NCBI GenBank assembly: GCA_964402785.1
Contig: CAYODQ010000004.1
Span: 159 to 64,158 of the forward strand
Source of the DNA: an uncultured Planctomycetia bacterium
Lineage (GTDB): Bacteria > Omnitrophota > Gorgyraeia > 2-02-FULL-51-18
Reading direction: 5' to 3'
DNA: 64,000 nucleotides
Part shown: positions 58,529 through 64,000 of the stretch, in pieces
How the letters are laid out: every line of letters starts with the position of its first letter
Numbering within the stretch: the stretch's first letter is position 1
Translations under genes and position numbers: made by a program
The notes under the pieces: model-generated
Database searches by the model: none
The model's input: only the letters and a program-made list of their open reading frames with translations
What the model was told of the DNA's origin: nothing

Positions 58529-59675
58529 AAGTGCTGCGCATCAGTTTTTGACCGCAGTCCACTCGTCTAGGGCTGAAGCGGGAGGGTCGGGGTGGTCTTC
58601 CTTTACTCAGTCTCTTAAAGTTGAAGACGATCCTTCTGTGTCCTCCGGCGGTATACGCGTCCTTTGGGCTAGCCCCAAGCCCGGAGAAGCCCGCTTTTCT
58701 CTCCAAGATGCGCGGTTTTATCAGCGGGCGGGAAGTGTTGTTGCGGATGATGGGCAGCTGAGTTCTGGCTCCCTTGAAGATCCTATTCAGGAAATGAATC
58801 GGCAGTTTTTTAAGAATATCGCCTCGCAAGTCATTGCAAAAGCCGGATTTAACTCGAGCGCTGAAGCACCCGAAAGATTTGCCAAAGAAGAAGTTTTTCA
58901 TGATCAGTGGGCGAGCGAAACAGACATTTCCAAGATCGACGTCATCAAGATCTGTGAGGCTGCCACTTCTCCTGAGATACGCTATATCCGCGCCTCGATC
59001 CCTAACCTCAAAGGCAAAAAACTTCTGGATGTGGGCTCCGGGCTTGGGGAAGTGTCTGTTTATTTTGCTCTTCAGGGCGCACAAGTTACAGCGGTGGATA
59101 TATCCGAGAACATGCTTAGGTGCACCGCCGATCTCGCAAAGCGCTACGGCGTCACAGTGCGTACCCACAAAACAGCTTTGGAGACATTGACGCTGCCGGA
59201 TGGCGAGCTTTTTGATGTCATCTACGCAGGAAATATATTTCATCATGTGGATATTGAGGCGGCGCTCAAGGCGCTCAAAAAACATCTGAAGCCGGATGGG
59301 GCTCTCGTTAGCTGGGACCCAGTTGCTTATAATCCGGCCATCAATGTGTATCGAAAGATGGCTATGGATGTTCGTACGGTGGATGAACATCCGCTAACAT
59401 TGAAAGATATTAAGATATTCAAGAGACATTTTACCGATGTAAAAACACGCTGGTTTTGGCTTACAACCCTATCCATTTTTATTTACATGGCCTTGGTTCA
59501 AAAGCGAAATCCCGGTAAGGAGCGCTATTGGAAGGTGGTCGTGGATGAGGCTGACCGCTGGAAAAATCCTTACTCTTTTCTGGAAAAGATTGACAGGGGA
59601 TTGCTGACACTTCTTCCGTTTTTGAAATTATGGTGCTGGAACGTCGTCATTATTTCTAAAAAACCTGTAGCTTGA
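58506..59675 (+). CDS. Class I SAM-dependent methyltransferase with N-terminal extension
   Basis: Motif I 'LLDVGSGLGEV', post-I 'VTAVDIS' and motif II 'FDVIYAGNIFHHV'. An alternative start near 58794 is possible. Confidence 0.6.
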   Translation: MPKKIRFESAAHQFLTAVHSSRAEAGGSGWSSFTQSLKVEDDPSVSSGGIRVLWASPKPGEARFSLQDARFYQRAGSVVADDGQLSSGSLEDPIQEMNRQFFKNIASQVIAKAGFNSSAEAPERFAKEEVFHDQWASETDISKIDVIKICEAATSPEIRYIRASIPNLKGKKLLDVGSGLGEVSVYFALQGAQVTAVDISENMLRCTADLAKRYGVTVRTHKTALETLTLPDGELFDVIYAGNIFHHVDIEAALKALKKHLKPDGALVSWDPVAYNPAINVYRKMAMDVRTVDEHPLTLKDIKIFKRHFTDVKTRWFWLTTLSIFIYMALVQKRNPGKERYWKVVVDEADRWKNPYSFLEKIDRGLLTLLPFLKLWCWNVVIISKKPVA

Positions 59676-59770
59676 TCGGTTTTGCCCGCTTTTTTGATGA
59701 CCACTAATGACTACTATTGACATTTAATGACGTTAATAGATACACTCATAGATGGAAGAATTTTGGAGAA

Positions 59771-60022
59771 ATGGCCTTGGAAATCAAAGAAAATGAGGTT
59801 TACACCCACGAAGAAACGCAGGCGCTCCTCAAGGTCAGCGCTAGCACTGTCACGCGCATGATCAAGAAGGGGCTGATCCGTACAGCCAAGGTCGGAAAGC
59901 AGTACCGCATCATGGGCAAGGAGCTTTTGCGAGTACTATCCCCCAAACTAGAAGACAAGGTAGGCAAAGCCTATAACAAGGCTCGAAATTGGGCGCACAA
60001 GGATTATGAGAAAAAGATCTGA
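59771..60022 (+). CDS. Excisionase/MerR-type helix-turn-helix DNA-binding protein
   Basis: 'VYTHEETQALLKVSASTVTRMIKKGLIRTAKVGKQYRI' matches the HTH_17/excisionase-family pattern, 83 aa. Confidence 0.6.
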   Translation: MALEIKENEVYTHEETQALLKVSASTVTRMIKKGLIRTAKVGKQYRIMGKELLRVLSPKLEDKVGKAYNKARNWAHKDYEKKI

Positions 60023-61098
60023 CGTTTTCATTATCGCGGAGGCGGGCTCTAACTGGAAGGTGGGCGGAGGGCACTTAAAGGATGTGGCGTGCGCAAAAGC
60101 TCTAATTGATGGAGCTGCCAAAGCGGGCGCAGATGCAGTCAAGTTTCAGGTTTTTAGCGGCGCAGATGTCTACGTGCCGAATGCAGGAAAAAGTGACTAC
60201 CTTACCCAATTTAGAATCGATTCCCGACCAATAAACGACATATTTAAAGAATTAGCCATGCCGCATGGAATGGTTCAAGACCTCGCCGATTATTGCAAAA
60301 CAAAACAAATTGAATTTATGGCTTCTTTTTTTTCCGAGGCGGATTTTAGGGCCGTGGATCCATTTGTTTTACGACACAAAATTGCTTCCTATGAAATCAC
60401 ACATCCCGAATTGATTCGGTTGGCCGCAGAATCCGGAAAACCTCTAATCCTATCTACGGGTGCTTCCACGATGGAGGATATCGACTGGGCCGTTCAATAT
60501 TTCAAGAGATGCGGAGGAAAAGATATTTCGTTGATGCAGTGTACGGCCAAATATCCGGCCCGCCTGGAATACTTACATCTGCGTGTTATACCGGAGCTTT
60601 TAGAAAAAATGAATCTCGCTGTGGGTTTTTCAGACCACTCTATGGAGCCCGTATTCGGTCCATTGGTTGCGGTTTCTTTGGGCGCGAGAATCATAGAAAA
60701 ACATTTTACTATCAATAAGAAGTCAAAAGGACCTGACCACTCTTTTGCGCTGGAGATCAGCGAGCTTGAGCAGATGGTGAAGGCTATAAGAAAGTATGAG
60801 TCTGGCGATCATTCAGATTTCGAAGAGCTAAAAGCCAATAACATTTATGAGACCATTCTGGGGAGCGAAGGGAAAAAGGTTTTTCCGGAGGAGAAAGAGC
60901 TGAGGGACTATGCGCAACGAGCGGTTCAAGCTATAGTCGATATCCAAAAAAATGAAGCGTTTCGTTTGGGGAAAAATATTGCTATTCTGCGGCCAGGAAA
61001 AAAATCCAAAGGTGTTCATCCAAAAAAAATAGCAGATATCGAGGGTCGAAAGGCAAAGAGATTTATTCACATTGGAGAAGGGATCGTTGAGGCCTGTT

Positions 61099-61106
<8 letters not shown>
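60006..61106 (+). CDS. pseI: NeuB-family nonulosonic acid synthase (pseudaminic/legionaminic/sialic acid synthase)
   Basis: 'DVFIIAEAGSNW...GADAVKFQ' NeuB TIM-barrel N-terminus plus a C-terminal SAF domain. Context with pseB/pseC/GNAT/cytidylyltransferase. Confidence 0.8.
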
Positions 61107-63663
<2,557 letters not shown>

Positions 63664-63667
<4 letters not shown>

Positions 63668-64000
63668 GCTTCGGTGTCGTTATTCAAGCCCGCATGGGCT
63701 CCTCGCGCCTTCCGGGCAAGGTTTTGATAAAGCTATGTGGAAAGACCGTTCTTGCGCATACCGGTGAACGTGCGCAGGCAGCTGCGGGTGTGGACCGAGT
63801 CATTGTTGCGACAACTGACCTTGAAAAGGATGATGTTATTGTGGTTGAAGCGCGGGCTTGCGGGTTTGATGTTTTTAGGGGAAGTGAAAACGATGTGCTT
63901 TCACGTTTTCATAGCGCAGCACTAAAATTTAGGTTAAAAACAGTGATTCGTGTCACCGCGGACTGCCCGCTGTTGGATCCGCAGCTCTTGGCGGAAATGA
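63664..64000 (+). CDS. pseF: Acylneuraminate/pseudaminic acid cytidylyltransferase (PseF/NeuA-like), 3' partial at window end
   Basis: 'MSFGVVIQARMGSSRLPGKVL' is the CMP-sugar synthetase N-terminus. The frame is open to the end of the window and ATGA-coupled to pseC. Confidence 0.75.

Noticed and set aside
58434-59390. 318-aa − strand ORF overlapping the 58506..59675 methyltransferase
   Set aside because: The + strand product carries clear class I methyltransferase motifs (LLDVGSGLGEV, VTAVDIS). The − strand product has no recognizable features and unusual composition.
63737-63925. 62-aa ORF listed in the track at 63737..63925 (+)
   Set aside because: It is in the wrong frame. The in-frame ATG at 63664, coupled to the pseC stop, opens a cytidylyltransferase gene (MSFGVVIQARMGSSRLPGKVL...) that runs to the window end.

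Overview
This is a gene-dense (~50% GC) bacterial chromosomal segment in which almost every gene is on the + strand, with frequent ATGA/TGATG translational coupling and several TTG/GTG starts. The contents fall into eight blocks.

(1) Positions 16-7109 hold a five-gene, translationally coupled operon of largely uncharacterized envelope proteins. These are an alpha/beta-hydrolase, a 1113-aa Zn-ribbon/DUF2339-like membrane protein with an internal tandem duplication, an M48 peptidase, a DUF2157-type membrane protein and a GDYXXLXY-type protein.

(2) A TMTC-like GT-C glycosyltransferase with TPR repeats follows, together with a SAM-dependent methyltransferase, rdgB, an AsmA-like protein and coaD.

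(3) The canonical yceD-rpmF-plsX-fabH-fabD-fabG-acpP-fabF cluster is present, with fabI appended.

(4) An SMC protein lacks a recognizable hinge and sits convergent with a GAF-GGDEF diguanylate cyclase.

(5) A futalosine-pathway menaquinone cluster is present: UbiE/MenG, a UbiD-like decarboxylase, a UbiA-like prenyltransferase, UbiX, two MqnE/MqnC-type radical SAM enzymes and MqnA. It is interrupted by an AT-rich HEPN-like gene plus a small membrane ORF.

(6) A surface-glycan locus encodes a DegT aminotransferase, a GT2, an acyltransferase-3 protein, a GT-C-like membrane protein and a fused spermidine-synthase membrane protein.

(7) Positions 39035-45556 form a seven-gene operon that looks like a Dlt-type, ACP-dependent O-acylation system in which an FkbH-like HAD-IIIC loader replaces DltA. 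The other genes are a MaoC dehydratase, an SDR, a methyltransferase, an ACP, an MBOAT and an SGNH/DltD-like protein. This is the most interesting candidate for an undescribed system.

(8) A dense array of GT-C enzymes follows: four PMT/ArnT-like proteins and a YfhO-like protein, with a GtrB-like GT2, a Gfo/Idh/MocA oxidoreductase, methyltransferases and a radical-SAM/SPASM protein. It ends in a pseudaminic-acid-type nonulosonic acid cluster (pseI/neuB, pseH-like GNAT, pseB, pseC and a partial pseF) preceded by an excisionase-type HTH gene.

No rRNA, tRNA, CRISPR array or transposase was recognized.
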